Below, piece after piece: positions 39,801-49,555 of a stretch of 64,000 nucleotides of DNA. The stretch's first letter is position 1; each line of letters opens with the position of its first letter. Source of the DNA: Candidatus Proelusimicrobium tauri (GTDB lineage: Bacteria > Elusimicrobiota > Elusimicrobia > Elusimicrobiales > Elusimicrobiaceae). Below the pieces are notes generated by a model that saw only the letters and a list, made by a program, of their open reading frames with translations, ran no database searches and had not been told where the DNA came from. The stretch is taken from positions 6,112 through 70,111 of the forward strand of contig DBYY01000006.1 of NCBI GenBank assembly GCA_002311025.1. The letters are read 5' to 3'. The position numbers and the translations under genes are program-made.

Positions 39801-42800
39801 CAAATGATAATGCAACGATAACAGTAAACACAGCATTGAATAACGCAGGGGCCATATCAGGTACCGGCACAAGTGCCCTAGTGATAAACGGAGATTCTAC
39901 AAATACAGGCACAATTGAGCAAGGAACAGTTACGGTAGCCTCCTTAATAACATTAGCAAACGAAGGAAGTATCACTGTAAATAGCGTATTAGACAATACA
40001 GGTTCAATAATCGGTGATGGTAGTTTGAATATAAATGTGACAACGACAAATGAAGGTATAATCGAACAAAATATCTTATTGACAGATAACGGCATAACAT
40101 TAACTAATAGCGGTGATATTACAGTAAAAGATACATTAACCAATAACGGAACAATAGAAAACAATAATGACTTAACCTTATCCGGAACTGCTATGACAAA
40201 TGAGGGTGTTATAACCGGCACAGGAACAACGAATATAACCGGCGCAGTAACAAATGAAGGTACAATTTCTCAAACAGAAGTTAAAATATCTGTTGGAGCG
40301 GAATTAGTATCTGATGCAAGCGATATAACAACAACAGGTGGTATAACAAACGACGGTACACTAGAATTAACCGGAGGTAATATTACAAGTGATATATTGA
40401 GCGCAAGCGGAACAACAAATATTACCGGTGAAGTAACAAATAATGCTGCTCATTCAATTGCTAATGCTATTGATATCGAAAACAGTGCTAAATTAACCAC
40501 TAATGCCAATGCCCTATTGAATACCGTAAACAATGACGGCACATTAGAATTAACCGGCGGTACTGTTACGGAAGATATTTCAGGAAATGGTTCCTTAGGA
40601 TTTACAGACAGTATCCAAAATTCAGCCAATATAGAACAAGGTTCTATGACTGTTAATAGTGGCAAAACACTAACCAATAATAGTGGCGCTTCCATAACAA
40701 CGACTGATAGTGCCTTAGGTGAAGGTTTCCAAAATAACGGAACCGTATTAAATGATGGTACTATCACTGTTGCCGGTGGCAATAATACAGGTTCCATTAC
40801 TGGAGGTGGAACATTTGCTAATAACGGAGATTTCACAAATAGCAATACTATAAACCAAAATGCTATTACCAATGACGGGACACTAACTACAAATTCAGAG
40901 AACTTGGTAGCCACAAGCGGTATTACCAATAACGGTACATTGGTATATAATGCCGGAAGTAAAACCGTTAGTGATATTATAGGTGATGGTAGTGCAAATT
41001 CAAAGGTAGAATTAAGAACAAATGCACCGTTTGTAATTGATAATACAATTTCAAATACTTATGTCGATTTGTATAATTCAACCTTGAAATTCGGTAATAG
41101 TGGTAATATCTCAAGTGCTACCGCACTTAATATTAACGGCGGTGGAATAAATACGATTGATGGAAATATCTCATCTACAAATCTTGGAACCGTGAATTTG
41201 AACGCACAGTCAAATCTCGAAATAGATATTGATGTGAGCAGTCTTACTTCAGATTCCTTCAATGCTACCGTAAATAATAATGGTGGTATATTTAATATTA
41301 ATGAAATTAACTTAATTGGCTCAGCAACCAGTGAGAATATAAAAGTTCATTTAGGTGATATGACAGGGTTAGGGCAAGAAAATGTTACTTCCGAAACAAT
41401 ATCATTACCATCTATTATGACGCCTATTCGCAAAATTAACGGAAGCCTAAAAGACGGTTGGTTAATCTATGAAGGGGGATCTAGTTCGGATGTGTCTGAT
41501 TTCAATCCTGCAGTTTTGGTAACTCCTGTTGCAATGCAAGCAGGTATGCAGGCAATTATGGATAATATCTTCCAATATTCTTATGAGCATGCTGATTGGT
41601 ACACCAAATTCCCCGAAACGGAAAGATATGCCAGGTTAGCAACAGGTAATGCATACAAAGATAACTCTGCTATATGGTTTAAAACATATTCTACTTTTGA
41701 GGATATTGCGCTTAAAGACGGTCCTAAGGTTGATGCAACATCTTATGGTGCTTTAATCGGTTTTGACACTAACTTCCAAGATCTTGGGCGTGATTGGTAT
41801 GGTGTTACAACCGGATTTGTGGGATATAACGGCGCTCAAATGGATTATAGTGACGTGAATTCTTCAATGAATGGTGGGCTAGTCGGCTTAACGCAGACTT
41901 TCTACAAGAATAATTTCTGGACGGGAGTTTCAGCAAATGCCGGAGTTAGCAGTGTAGAAGCCCATACAATGTACGGTCGTGACAGTTTAACAATATTATC
42001 TGCCGGAATCGGTACGCAAACTGGTTATAATTTTGAACTTAGTGACGGCAAGTTTATTATACAACCTGTTTGGTATATGACTTACAGTATGATTAATCCT
42101 TTTGATTATACAAATGCTGCCGATGTAAAGATTAAATCTGATCCTTTACATACATTACAATTAAGTCCGATGGTAAGATTTATAGGCAATGTAAAAGGTT
42201 GGCAGCCTTATGCCTCGGTCGGTATGGTATTCAACTTGATGAACAACACAAGTGTAACGGCAGATTCCATAAAATTACCGAAAATGCACATGAAACCCTA
42301 TGTCCAATATGATATTGGCGTACAGAAGAAAATCGGAGAAAGATTTACCGGATTTTTACAGTTCGCGGGACATAATGGTGGCCGAGACGGTCTAGGTGTT
42401 TCCGCCGGTTTACGTTGGGCTTTTGGTAAAGGTGGCAATAGTTCTCAAGCAATTAAGATAAATAATTACGCCGAAAATACCGCAGTTACCGAAAATAGTC
42501 AAGAGGTTCAAACAGAAAAACCGTTCATAGTAACACAAGAAATCGATGTCAAACAAGAAAAGGGTACAGGCGCAGAATCGCTTGCAAATGTAGAGGATAT
42601 CAATAAAAAACAGCAAGATGTAAAAACTGATAAATCGGTTGCAAACACTCAAAAAATTGATAAAAAACAGCAGGATGCCAGAGAAGAAGAACTGGTCAGA
42701 GATGTTCAAAATGTCGATAAAGAGCAGAAAGATACTAAAGAAACCGATGTAAAAGTGCAACAGAGTAAAAACGAACAGAAGTCCCAAGCCGAAGAATCGG

Positions 42801-42961
42801 TCAAAAATGCTCAAAATATCGATAAAGGGCAGACAAATACCAAAACAGAAGAACCTGCTACAAAGACACAAGAAAATAATAGATTAGCAATGGCTATTGT
42901 CATTGGTGTTGCATTACTATTTGTTATATTCGTTCTCAGAAGAAAAGTAGGTAGAAAATAA
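36851..42961 (+). CDS. Giant Pmp-repeat autotransporter with post-barrel C-terminal extension
   Basis: Dozens of GGAIYN / FxxN (SVFYNN, SIFKNN) repeats, a beta-domain (…AIWFKTYS… to …GLGVSAGLRWAF at 42424), and 178 further in-frame codons. As written, the ATG at 36851 has no signal peptide or RBS. Confidence 0.85.
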   Translation: MNIALASEYPSLIDAIQASTTPRTYTLDANETSPTVLGDITGWNSVLTIDGGTGNYGINNTSTANDVRLFVNKNQTVYLQNLGTYTTTTSDTIVDGVSIITSVSVGNSVNNFGKNSDRVGFLRSAGTSHISNSVFYNNRAKFGGSLQNRENGTMSITNSVFVENTSPQGAVHNDGANKITQISGSIFYNNTAITQTTGDTDLINRSGSAIFNKPNRTIDLISGSQFVSNNTVSNATGQQTGTIYNGGTITEISDSVFYNNTNQRGSAINNISGSTINTISGTTFVQNTTSNGSGAAILNAIGSTIDTITGSNFDSNTVTSNGGAIYNEGEINTLSGSFKANSADSNGGAIYNEGTITDLGGTYISNSAVFGGALYNDGTITNAIDATFGGDNGTDGNSADLGGAIYNAEGKTLSVASTSIFKNNTAAFDGGAINNSGTINALAGTYTSNSADSNGGAIYNSGTINNFLGVYTSNTATTNGGALYNDGTITNAINATFGGDNIADGNSADLGGAIYNASGKTLSVASTSIFKNNAATDGGAIYNEGTINALAGTYTSNRANSNGGAIYNTGTISNLSGTFTSNTATTNGGAIYNTGTVTITSSEGADTTFSGNIVSGFSNALYNTGTVNMNAGMESSIVFNDQITGFNGTINIGGEGVVEFNRNVTGNSVALNSGTLKLGSVNSIKDATTFTANGGTLDLRNGGVHNYQLGQNTIINDTVDLAIDVNLSGTTPVADMITAAGTVSGTGSFVFSSANINIMSYADEKIPLWVQVTDENLRNYAGLGTNANIHITGSEPESYFITYETTHDSVNAGFLKFEHDTLWNAIASTVAEKAYTMGSDEDLTSTPALGGTSLTINGNEAGHSITGDTGTGIVVGDTQTLSLNNIGVDNEGNVSGAGLNNFDTAITVAANGTVNIYNTKFSGNSTDIDNDGIVNMSGNVIFDNAEGEGTINITKDSEGNASTITVNNSLEQDNINVESENSLTNDNATITVNTALNNAGAISGTGTSALVINGDSTNTGTIEQGTVTVASLITLANEGSITVNSVLDNTGSIIGDGSLNINVTTTNEGIIEQNILLTDNGITLTNSGDITVKDTLTNNGTIENNNDLTLSGTAMTNEGVITGTGTTNITGAVTNEGTISQTEVKISVGAELVSDASDITTTGGITNDGTLELTGGNITSDILSASGTTNITGEVTNNAAHSIANAIDIENSAKLTTNANALLNTVNNDGTLELTGGTVTEDISGNGSLGFTDSIQNSANIEQGSMTVNSGKTLTNNSGASITTTDSALGEGFQNNGTVLNDGTITVAGGNNTGSITGGGTFANNGDFTNSNTINQNAITNDGTLTTNSENLVATSGITNNGTLVYNAGSKTVSDIIGDGSANSKVELRTNAPFVIDNTISNTYVDLYNSTLKFGNSGNISSATALNINGGGINTIDGNISSTNLGTVNLNAQSNLEIDIDVSSLTSDSFNATVNNNGGIFNINEINLIGSATSENIKVHLGDMTGLGQENVTSETISLPSIMTPIRKINGSLKDGWLIYEGGSSSDVSDFNPAVLVTPVAMQAGMQAIMDNIFQYSYEHADWYTKFPETERYARLATGNAYKDNSAIWFKTYSTFEDIALKDGPKVDATSYGALIGFDTNFQDLGRDWYGVTTGFVGYNGAQMDYSDVNSSMNGGLVGLTQTFYKNNFWTGVSANAGVSSVEAHTMYGRDSLTILSAGIGTQTGYNFELSDGKFIIQPVWYMTYSMINPFDYTNAADVKIKSDPLHTLQLSPMVRFIGNVKGWQPYASVGMVFNLMNNTSVTADSIKLPKMHMKPYVQYDIGVQKKIGERFTGFLQFAGHNGGRDGLGVSAGLRWAFGKGGNSSQAIKINNYAENTAVTENSQEVQTEKPFIVTQEIDVKQEKGTGAESLANVEDINKKQQDVKTDKSVANTQKIDKKQQDAREEELVRDVQNVDKEQKDTKETDVKVQQSKNEQKSQAEESVKNAQNIDKGQTNTKTEEPATKTQENNRLAMAIVIGVALLFVIFVLRRKVGRK
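37971..38450 (+). repeat. Near-identical ~327-bp tandem duplication inside the passenger
   Basis: 37971-38125 and 38298-38450 are about 90%+ identical by eye (LYNDGTITNAI.ATFGGDN…NSADLGGAIYNA.GKTLSVASTSIFKNN). Confidence 0.8.
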
Positions 42962-43234
42962 TCGCGAATAAGAATATAATTACCGTAGAATTTTGGGCGC
43001 CGTAATTATAAAGTTTAGTACACAAAACTTATATATTAAGGTGCCCAAAGTTTATTTTTTACCTTATAATTTGACACTCGCGTTGCGTACCTTTTTAAAA
43101 AAATCAAAAAACTTTATACTTTTTAATTAGAAGTTTGATATATAAAGATATTGTCGGGGGGAGATTTGTCTATGCTCGTCGATTTTGATATAATATTTTG
43201 TAAGTTTTAATCTTATTAAAGAGGTAATAAAATA

Positions 43235-44362
43235 ATGAAAATAAATAAAAATATAATTCCATTATTTACTTTTTTGACTTTTTTTGCAGTTGCGTGTTCC
43301 AATAACGCAAATATTGCAGCCATAGTAAACGGGACAAAAATAACTAAAAAAACATACGAAGGGACATTAGATAACTTAATATCACAACAAAAACAAAAGA
43401 ATCCTAAATTTGTTGATAATGAACAAACGCGTTTATTGTTAGGGAAAATGGCCTTAGAACAGATAATCACAAATGAAGTGTTATCTCAAGAAGCCCAAAA
43501 AGCAAAAATTACAGTAAAAGACGAAGCCGTAGATCAAAATATAAGTAATCTTAAAAAACTTATTGCTGTTGATCAAAATGGTAAGGCTATTACAGATAAA
43601 AAACAAATAGAAGAAAAATTTAATGAAAAATTAAAAACAGACGGAATAACATTAAAGCAATTAAGGGAAAATATCCACAAAGAGTTAAGTGCAAAACTTT
43701 TCTTAAAAGACTTGTCTGATAAACAAAAAATAGAATTAACCGAAGATGTTTTAACGAGATTTTATGATGCCACAATGGCAGTTGTAGATAATAATCAAAG
43801 TAAAATAAAATCTTTACCTAAAGAAGATTTAGCATTAGTTAATCCTTTTGCTATGGAAGTAAAAAAAGCCACTTCCGAAAGGGTTGCTGTTTCAACAGTA
43901 TTTTTATCGACTCCAAAAACAATGAGTAATACAGAAATTGCTAATAAAAAGAATTTGGCTAATAAAATCGTACAAGAATTAAAAGATAAAAAGATTGCTT
44001 TTATACAAGCAATACAAACATATTCTGACGATAAAAACGCGTTGAAAACAAACGGAGAGCAGATTGTAATACGCGGAATATTGCCCAAAAACTTAAATGA
44101 TAAAATATTTGAAGCACCTTTAGGCAAAGTTATAGGGCCTATTACTGAGCAAGAAGGTATATATATTTTACGCGTAAATGAAAAACGCGCCGCTAATACT
44201 TTGACATACAATCAACTTCGTAATAGTATAATTAATTATTTGGATCCTATACAGTTAAGACAAAAAGTACAGCAACAAGTTAAAGATTTGGTTCAAAAAT
44301 CCAAAATAGAAATTCTTTTACCAGAATACCAAGTCAATAACATTAAACAGGATACAAAATAG
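43235..44362 (+). CDS. SurA/PrsA-like peptidyl-prolyl isomerase lipoprotein
   Basis: Lipobox FAVAC, a SurA-N-like chaperone region, and a parvulin core (…GPITEQEGIYILRVNEKR). Confidence 0.75.
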   Translation: MKINKNIIPLFTFLTFFAVACSNNANIAAIVNGTKITKKTYEGTLDNLISQQKQKNPKFVDNEQTRLLLGKMALEQIITNEVLSQEAQKAKITVKDEAVDQNISNLKKLIAVDQNGKAITDKKQIEEKFNEKLKTDGITLKQLRENIHKELSAKLFLKDLSDKQKIELTEDVLTRFYDATMAVVDNNQSKIKSLPKEDLALVNPFAMEVKKATSERVAVSTVFLSTPKTMSNTEIANKKNLANKIVQELKDKKIAFIQAIQTYSDDKNALKTNGEQIVIRGILPKNLNDKIFEAPLGKVIGPITEQEGIYILRVNEKRAANTLTYNQLRNSIINYLDPIQLRQKVQQQVKDLVQKSKIEILLPEYQVNNIKQDTK

Positions 44363-44515
44363 TATCAGTTATACATATATGCATAGTAATGGGGATACCT
44401 GCGCAAATAGCAGTGTGCCTAATACTTCAAATAGAGCGCAATGTCGGTAAATCCTCAACGATAATTCTTATACAAAAACTACTGAAACTTTGGCATATTA
44501 TGTCTGAATATTCCA

Positions 44516-44574
44516 ATATGAAAGAACTTGACATGGGAACAGGCGAATATACTTTAGTAAATATTGATAAATAA
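44516..44574 (+). pseudogene. Orphan 3' fragment of a DUF362 gene
   Basis: [18 protein letters not shown] matches the end of 51068..51790 ([19 protein letters not shown]) at both the DNA and protein level. Confidence 0.75.
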
Positions 44575-44706
44575 TACCTTACAAGAGTATAAAAATCTAG
44601 GTACTTGGAAATCAAAAGATTAATAAATATTAAAAGAGGAAAAGAAGGTTATAAAAATTTACAACAAAAGAAGATTTTTAAATTATAAAATAGATAAGGA
44701 GATTAT

Positions 44707-45246
44707 ATGAGGAAAAAAGTTTTTATTATTTCTGCTTCACCGCGCAAAGGTGGCAATTCCGATGTTTTATGTGATCAATTTTTACTTGGTGCAAAAGAAG
44801 CAGGCCACGAGGTAGAAAAAGTGTTTTTGCGCGATAAAAAAATAAATTATTGTATGGGTTGCGGTGTGTGTAATAACACTCATACTTGCGTGCAAAAAGA
44901 TGATATGAAAGACCTTCTTGAAAAAATGGTTAAGGCAGATGTTCTTGTGCTTGCTACTCCGGTTTATTTTTACACAATGGACGGCCAACTTAAAACATTT
45001 ATTGACCGCTGTGTTTCAAGATATACCGAAATGACAAATAAAGAAGTTTATTTTATCGTAAGTGCCGCCGATACGGAAAAAGCAAATTTAAAACCTACAA
45101 TAGAGGGCTTGCGCGGTTTTACGCGGGATTGTCTTGAGGGCACAAAAGAAAAAGGTATTATATACGGAACAGGCGCTTGGAAAGTCGGCGAAATAAAAAA
45201 TTTGCCTGCTTATAAAGAAGCCTATGAAACAGGCAAAAAGTGCTAA
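44707..45246 (+). CDS. Iron-sulfur flavoprotein / NADPH-dependent FMN reductase-like
   Basis: VFIISASPRKGGNS and the Cys cluster CMGCGVCNNTHTC. Confidence 0.75.
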   Translation: MRKKVFIISASPRKGGNSDVLCDQFLLGAKEAGHEVEKVFLRDKKINYCMGCGVCNNTHTCVQKDDMKDLLEKMVKADVLVLATPVYFYTMDGQLKTFIDRCVSRYTEMTNKEVYFIVSAADTEKANLKPTIEGLRGFTRDCLEGTKEKGIIYGTGAWKVGEIKNLPAYKEAYETGKKC

Positions 45247-45256
45247 AAGGAAAATT

Positions 45257-46270
45257 ATGAAAAAATTATTATTGTTAGCAATTATTTTACTTGGAGGTTT
45301 AACAATGGCACCGGCAAAAAGTTGGGATAAAGTATTTACAAAAAGCGATAAAGTTTCTGTTAAGAAAGTTCATTTTAATAATCGCTATGGCATAAAATTA
45401 GCAGGAGATTTATATATGCCAAAAAACATTAAAAAAGGCGATAAACTAGCGGCAATTGCCGTCAGCGGACCTTTTGGCGCAGTTAAAGAACAATCTTCCG
45501 GTCTTTATGCTCAAACTATGGCAGAGCGCGGTTTTATTGCTCTTGCTTTTGACCCTTCTTATACAGGGGAATCTTCCGGCAAACCAAGAAATGTTGCTTC
45601 CCCCGATATTAACACAGAAGATTTTAGCGCAGCAGTAGATTATTTAACTACTTTACCCAATGTAGATGAAGATAAAATCGGTATTATCGGTATTTGCGGT
45701 TTTGGCGGTTGGGCTTTAAATGCTGCCGCTATGGATACGCGCATTAAAGCAACGGTTGCTTCTACAATGTATGATATGACGCGTGTTTCCGCAAAAGGTT
45801 ATAATGATTCTATTGACGAAAATGCCCGCTATGAAATGCTTAAACAATTAAATAAACAGCGCACACAAGATTATAAAAACGGCACCTATGCCGGTGCAGA
45901 TGGCTTACCTGAAAAATTAACAGGCCAAGAACCGCAATTTGTGCAAGATTATTTTAATTATTACAAAACACCGCGCGGTTTTCACCCACGCTCAATTAAC
46001 TCTAACGGCAAATGGAACACAACTTCTTCTTTAGGGCTTATAAATCAACCGGCTTTGCAACGTTCCGGTGAAATTAGAAATGCCGTTTTGGTTATCCACG
46101 GCGAAAAAGCCCACAGTCGCTATTTTGGCGAAGATGCCTTTAAAAAATTAAAAGGCACAAATAAAGAATTGCTTATCATTCCGGGTGCAAGTCATGTTGA
46201 TTTATATGATAATATGGCAAAAATTCCGTTTGATAAAATAGAAAATTTCTTTAAAACTAACTTGAAATAA
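45257..46270 (+). CDS. Secreted alpha/beta hydrolase, dienelactone-hydrolase-like (GxCxG)
   Basis: ATG 45257 with a signal peptide, GIIGICGFGGWA, and VIHGEKAH…PGASHVD. Confidence 0.7.
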   Translation: MKKLLLLAIILLGGLTMAPAKSWDKVFTKSDKVSVKKVHFNNRYGIKLAGDLYMPKNIKKGDKLAAIAVSGPFGAVKEQSSGLYAQTMAERGFIALAFDPSYTGESSGKPRNVASPDINTEDFSAAVDYLTTLPNVDEDKIGIIGICGFGGWALNAAAMDTRIKATVASTMYDMTRVSAKGYNDSIDENARYEMLKQLNKQRTQDYKNGTYAGADGLPEKLTGQEPQFVQDYFNYYKTPRGFHPRSINSNGKWNTTSSLGLINQPALQRSGEIRNAVLVIHGEKAHSRYFGEDAFKKLKGTNKELLIIPGASHVDLYDNMAKIPFDKIENFFKTNLK

Positions 46271-46282
46271 AAGGAGCAATAT

Positions 46283-46870
46283 ATGAAGAAAATATTAGTA
46301 TTTTTAACAGCAGTTTTATTTGTTATGGCTTGTAATGCCAAACCTACTGCAAAAGAGGCCACAAACCCCGCGCCTGCACAAAAGAAAAATGTATTAGTGG
46401 TTTATTTCTCCGCCACAGGTACTACAAAAAAAGTGGCCCAAAATTTAGCCCAAATAACCAAGGGCGATATTTATGAAATTAAACCTTTAACTCTTTATAC
46501 AAGTGAAGATTTAGATTGGACTAATCCCAATTCACGAACTTCCTTAGAGATGAAAGACCAAACTTCCCGCCCGGGCATAGTGCCGGAAAATCTTTCTCTT
46601 AAACATTATGATACTATTTATCTCGGTTTTCCTATTTGGTGGGGAACGGCACCCACAATAGTAAGAACCTTCCTTGAAAAACAAGATTTTTCAAACAAAA
46701 AAGTTATTATTTTTGTTACTTCCGGAACCAGCGGTATTGGTAATGTAGATCAAGATTTAAAATCCAGTATATCTTCTTCTGCAACAATTATTAAAGGTAA
46801 AGCCCTAAACGGCAACCCTTCTGTGGAAGAATTAACAGAGTGGGTTAAAACCTTATTACCAAAGAAATAG
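46283..46870 (+). CDS. Flavodoxin-like lipoprotein
   Basis: Lipobox VMAC and VLVVYFSATGTTKKVA. Confidence 0.75.
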   Translation: MKKILVFLTAVLFVMACNAKPTAKEATNPAPAQKKNVLVVYFSATGTTKKVAQNLAQITKGDIYEIKPLTLYTSEDLDWTNPNSRTSLEMKDQTSRPGIVPENLSLKHYDTIYLGFPIWWGTAPTIVRTFLEKQDFSNKKVIIFVTSGTSGIGNVDQDLKSSISSSATIIKGKALNGNPSVEELTEWVKTLLPKK

Positions 46871-46916
46871 CCGGGGTTGGCATGATTGGTATTTTGCAAG
46901 CACTGCCACAATAAAT

Positions 46917-47390
46917 ATGAAACAATGGTTCCGTGCGCTAATTTTGTTACCGTTTAATGTGCTTGTGATTATCCCAGGCATTATACTGTATTTCATAAAT
47001 TTCAACTATCAGGTTCCTAGCATTTTACAGTTTATTTGCGGACTTATTGCACTGCTATGCGGAATGTTTCTTTCGGGGTGGAGTATGATGTTATTTTACC
47101 AAATAGGGAAAGGAACCCCTGCCCCTTGGGCAGCACCCAAGCATTTAGTAGTGCAAGGGCCCTATAAATTTGTTCGCAATCCCATGATTATCGGGGTAAT
47201 ACTAATTTTGTTGGCAGAAGCCCTTGTGCTGAACACGCGTTATATTTTTTACTGGGCAGTTGTGTTTTTTATCTTAAACAATATTTATTTCCATTATTTT
47301 GAAGAGAAGCAACTGGAAAGAACTTTTGGTAAAGAATATTTGGATTATAAGAAAAAAGTTCCCATGTGGCTACCCAAATTTAATAAATAG
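46917..47390 (+). CDS. ICMT/PEMT-family membrane methyltransferase
   Basis: Four TM helices and LVVQGPYKFVRNPMIIG…EEKQLERTFGKEYLDYKKKVP. Confidence 0.7.
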   Translation: MKQWFRALILLPFNVLVIIPGIILYFINFNYQVPSILQFICGLIALLCGMFLSGWSMMLFYQIGKGTPAPWAAPKHLVVQGPYKFVRNPMIIGVILILLAEALVLNTRYIFYWAVVFFILNNIYFHYFEEKQLERTFGKEYLDYKKKVPMWLPKFNK

Positions 47391-47676
47391 TTTTTGATAA
47401 AGACGCAAGATCCTCAGTTGTAAATTCCAGTGGTTGAACAATGCCAAATAATAAAAAGGATAACTATCAAAAATGCTATAATATATATAAAAGATATGCT
47501 AGAACACAACACAATATATAAATCTGTTGCGATTCAACAAAAAGAAGACTTATGTAGTTATTCCTTAAGGATATTTGATAAGTCGTGTAGAAATAGTTTA
47601 TTGCTTAATAAAAATTTTTATGGTATTTGAATAGAGGGCACCAATTGCGGTGCTCTTTTTATTTAGGAGAAAATTA

Positions 47677-49458
47677 ATGAACATATTCTTATTGACGTTT
47701 AATTTGCTTGGTGGGTTGGCCGTTTTCCTACTCGGTATGAAAATGATGAGTGATGGTTTACAAAAAATGGCGGGGGTAAAACTTCGTAAAATACTTTCTG
47801 CTGCAACAAGCAATAGATTTGCCGCCACAATATCCGGGACTTTAGCGACTTCCATTATTCAATCATCCAGTGCTACTACGGTTATGGTTGTCGGATTTGT
47901 TAGTGCTGGATTGTTAACCTTACAACAGGCATTAGGGGTAATTTTCGGTGCTAATATCGGTACTACCTTGACCGCATGGATTGTTAGTTTATTTGGTTTT
48001 AAAATACAAATTTCCCTTTTTGCCTTGCCTGTTATTGCATTAGGTTTTTTTGGACAATTCTTGCCTTCAAAATGGGTGGGTGTACGCCGTATTGCAGAAG
48101 CGGCGGTAGGTTTTGGTCTACTCTTTTTGGGTTTAGGTATTATGAAAAATGCAATTCCGGCTGATTTTGCCCAACATCCTATGGTTACACATTGGTTATC
48201 TGTATTTCTGCCAAACAATATATTTAACCTTTTTGCTTTAATTATGGTAGGTGCTATTTTAACAGTTGTTTTACAATCTTCAAGTGCTGTTATGGCTATG
48301 ACTCTTACTTGTGCGGCAGCAGGTATTATTAACTTTGAGGCCGCATGTGCTTTGGTACTTGGCGAAAATATCGGAACAACCATGACTGCAAATTTGGCTG
48401 CTATCGGTGCCCCTAAAGATTCACGCAGGGCTGCTTTGGGGCATTTCTTATTCAACTTCTTTGGTGTTATATGGGTTTGTTTATTCTTTCATCCATTTAT
48501 CCGTTTTATAGATTGGCTTGTTCCCGGCAACCCTTATGTAACAGATTCAAGCGCCTTAACAAGTGTATTGCCTTATCATATCTCCGCCTTTCATAGTGTG
48601 TTTAATATAATAAACACTTGTTTAATGTTGCCACTTTTAAAACCATTAGCAAAATTAACTTTGCGAATTCTTCCCAAGGATAAAAATGAAAAGAGAGATA
48701 AGGAAGGTGAATTATTATATCTTAATCCGCGTTTTAATCTCACGCCGGAATTGGCTTTATTATCTGCTCGTAAAGAAGTAGACCGCATGTTAGGGTTGGT
48801 ACTTAAACAATTGGATAAAATTCAATATGTTTTTAAGACGGATAATAAAAATCTTTTTGTCCGCTTGATTACAGATATTAAAAAATACGAGGCTATCACA
48901 GATAAATTGGAATATAATATTAATTCCTACTTAACTACATTGATGCATAGTAATTTATCGCGTCACGCAATTGCACAAGTAATGGCACTTTTTGAATTGA
49001 ATAGTGCCACAGAAAGCATGGCTGATTGTGGTGAGAAAATTGCCTCTTTATTAGAAAAGATTTTACCGATGAAACCGACTGTTTTTTCGGATATGGATTT
49101 TGCTGATTTGGAAAGAATGCTTAAAAGCACAAAATCCGCAGTAAAACAAGCGCGTTTTGCCTTATCCTTATTCCCCAGTGAAGGGCATGATTTGCAAACT
49201 ATACAACTTTTGGAAAAAGCCCTTTCTGATGAAGAAAATCTTGATAAAATGCGTCAGACTTTACGTGAAGAACGCACTAAACGTTTATCTAACGAACAAA
49301 AAATTATGCCCATTTCCATTACGGCATACGGAGATTTATTAAATGGCTTTGAACGTATCGGCGATTATGCTTTGCGTTTAACAGAAACCTCTTTGATATG
49401 GAAACAATCACCTTTGCATGGTAATATTCCTGTTTCACAAAAAGTACAGAAAAATTAA
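47677..49458 (+). CDS. Na/Pi cotransporter family protein with PhoU-like C-domain
   Basis: aggaga RBS and ATG 47677. GGLAVFLLGMKMMSDGLQ, duplicated QSSSA motifs, and a helical C-terminal domain. Confidence 0.85.
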   Translation: MNIFLLTFNLLGGLAVFLLGMKMMSDGLQKMAGVKLRKILSAATSNRFAATISGTLATSIIQSSSATTVMVVGFVSAGLLTLQQALGVIFGANIGTTLTAWIVSLFGFKIQISLFALPVIALGFFGQFLPSKWVGVRRIAEAAVGFGLLFLGLGIMKNAIPADFAQHPMVTHWLSVFLPNNIFNLFALIMVGAILTVVLQSSSAVMAMTLTCAAAGIINFEAACALVLGENIGTTMTANLAAIGAPKDSRRAALGHFLFNFFGVIWVCLFFHPFIRFIDWLVPGNPYVTDSSALTSVLPYHISAFHSVFNIINTCLMLPLLKPLAKLTLRILPKDKNEKRDKEGELLYLNPRFNLTPELALLSARKEVDRMLGLVLKQLDKIQYVFKTDNKNLFVRLITDIKKYEAITDKLEYNINSYLTTLMHSNLSRHAIAQVMALFELNSATESMADCGEKIASLLEKILPMKPTVFSDMDFADLERMLKSTKSAVKQARFALSLFPSEGHDLQTIQLLEKALSDEENLDKMRQTLREERTKRLSNEQKIMPISITAYGDLLNGFERIGDYALRLTETSLIWKQSPLHGNIPVSQKVQKN

Positions 49459-49499
49459 AATAAGGGATTAACACTTCAAAATAAAACTTCTAAGATATC

Positions 49500-49541
49500 A
49501 AAAACCGCCCTTTGTTTATACATCGGGCGGTTTTTATTTTT
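49500..49541. terminator. Bidirectional terminator
   Basis: The hairpin aaaaccgccc / gggcggttttt lies between convergent genes. Confidence 0.75.
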
Positions 49542-49555
49542 TATTTTATTTTATT

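Noticed and set aside
39598-40221. Long antisense ORFs inside the giant autotransporter (37636-37848, 38548-38736, 39598-40221, 40450-40929, 41059-41262, 42410-42871).
   Set aside because: These are shadow ORFs created by the repetitive, stop-poor codon composition (GGT/AAT/ACA) of the sense strand. Their products are low-complexity hydrophobic strings with no RBS or start context.
47430-47676. ~230-nt leader before the Na/Pi cotransporter ending in the hairpin agagggcacc…ggtgctct followed by a T-run. It could be an attenuator or riboswitch.
   Set aside because: This is a single weak hairpin, and it may simply terminate the upstream methyltransferase gene. There is no conserved riboswitch core and the rest is very AT-rich.
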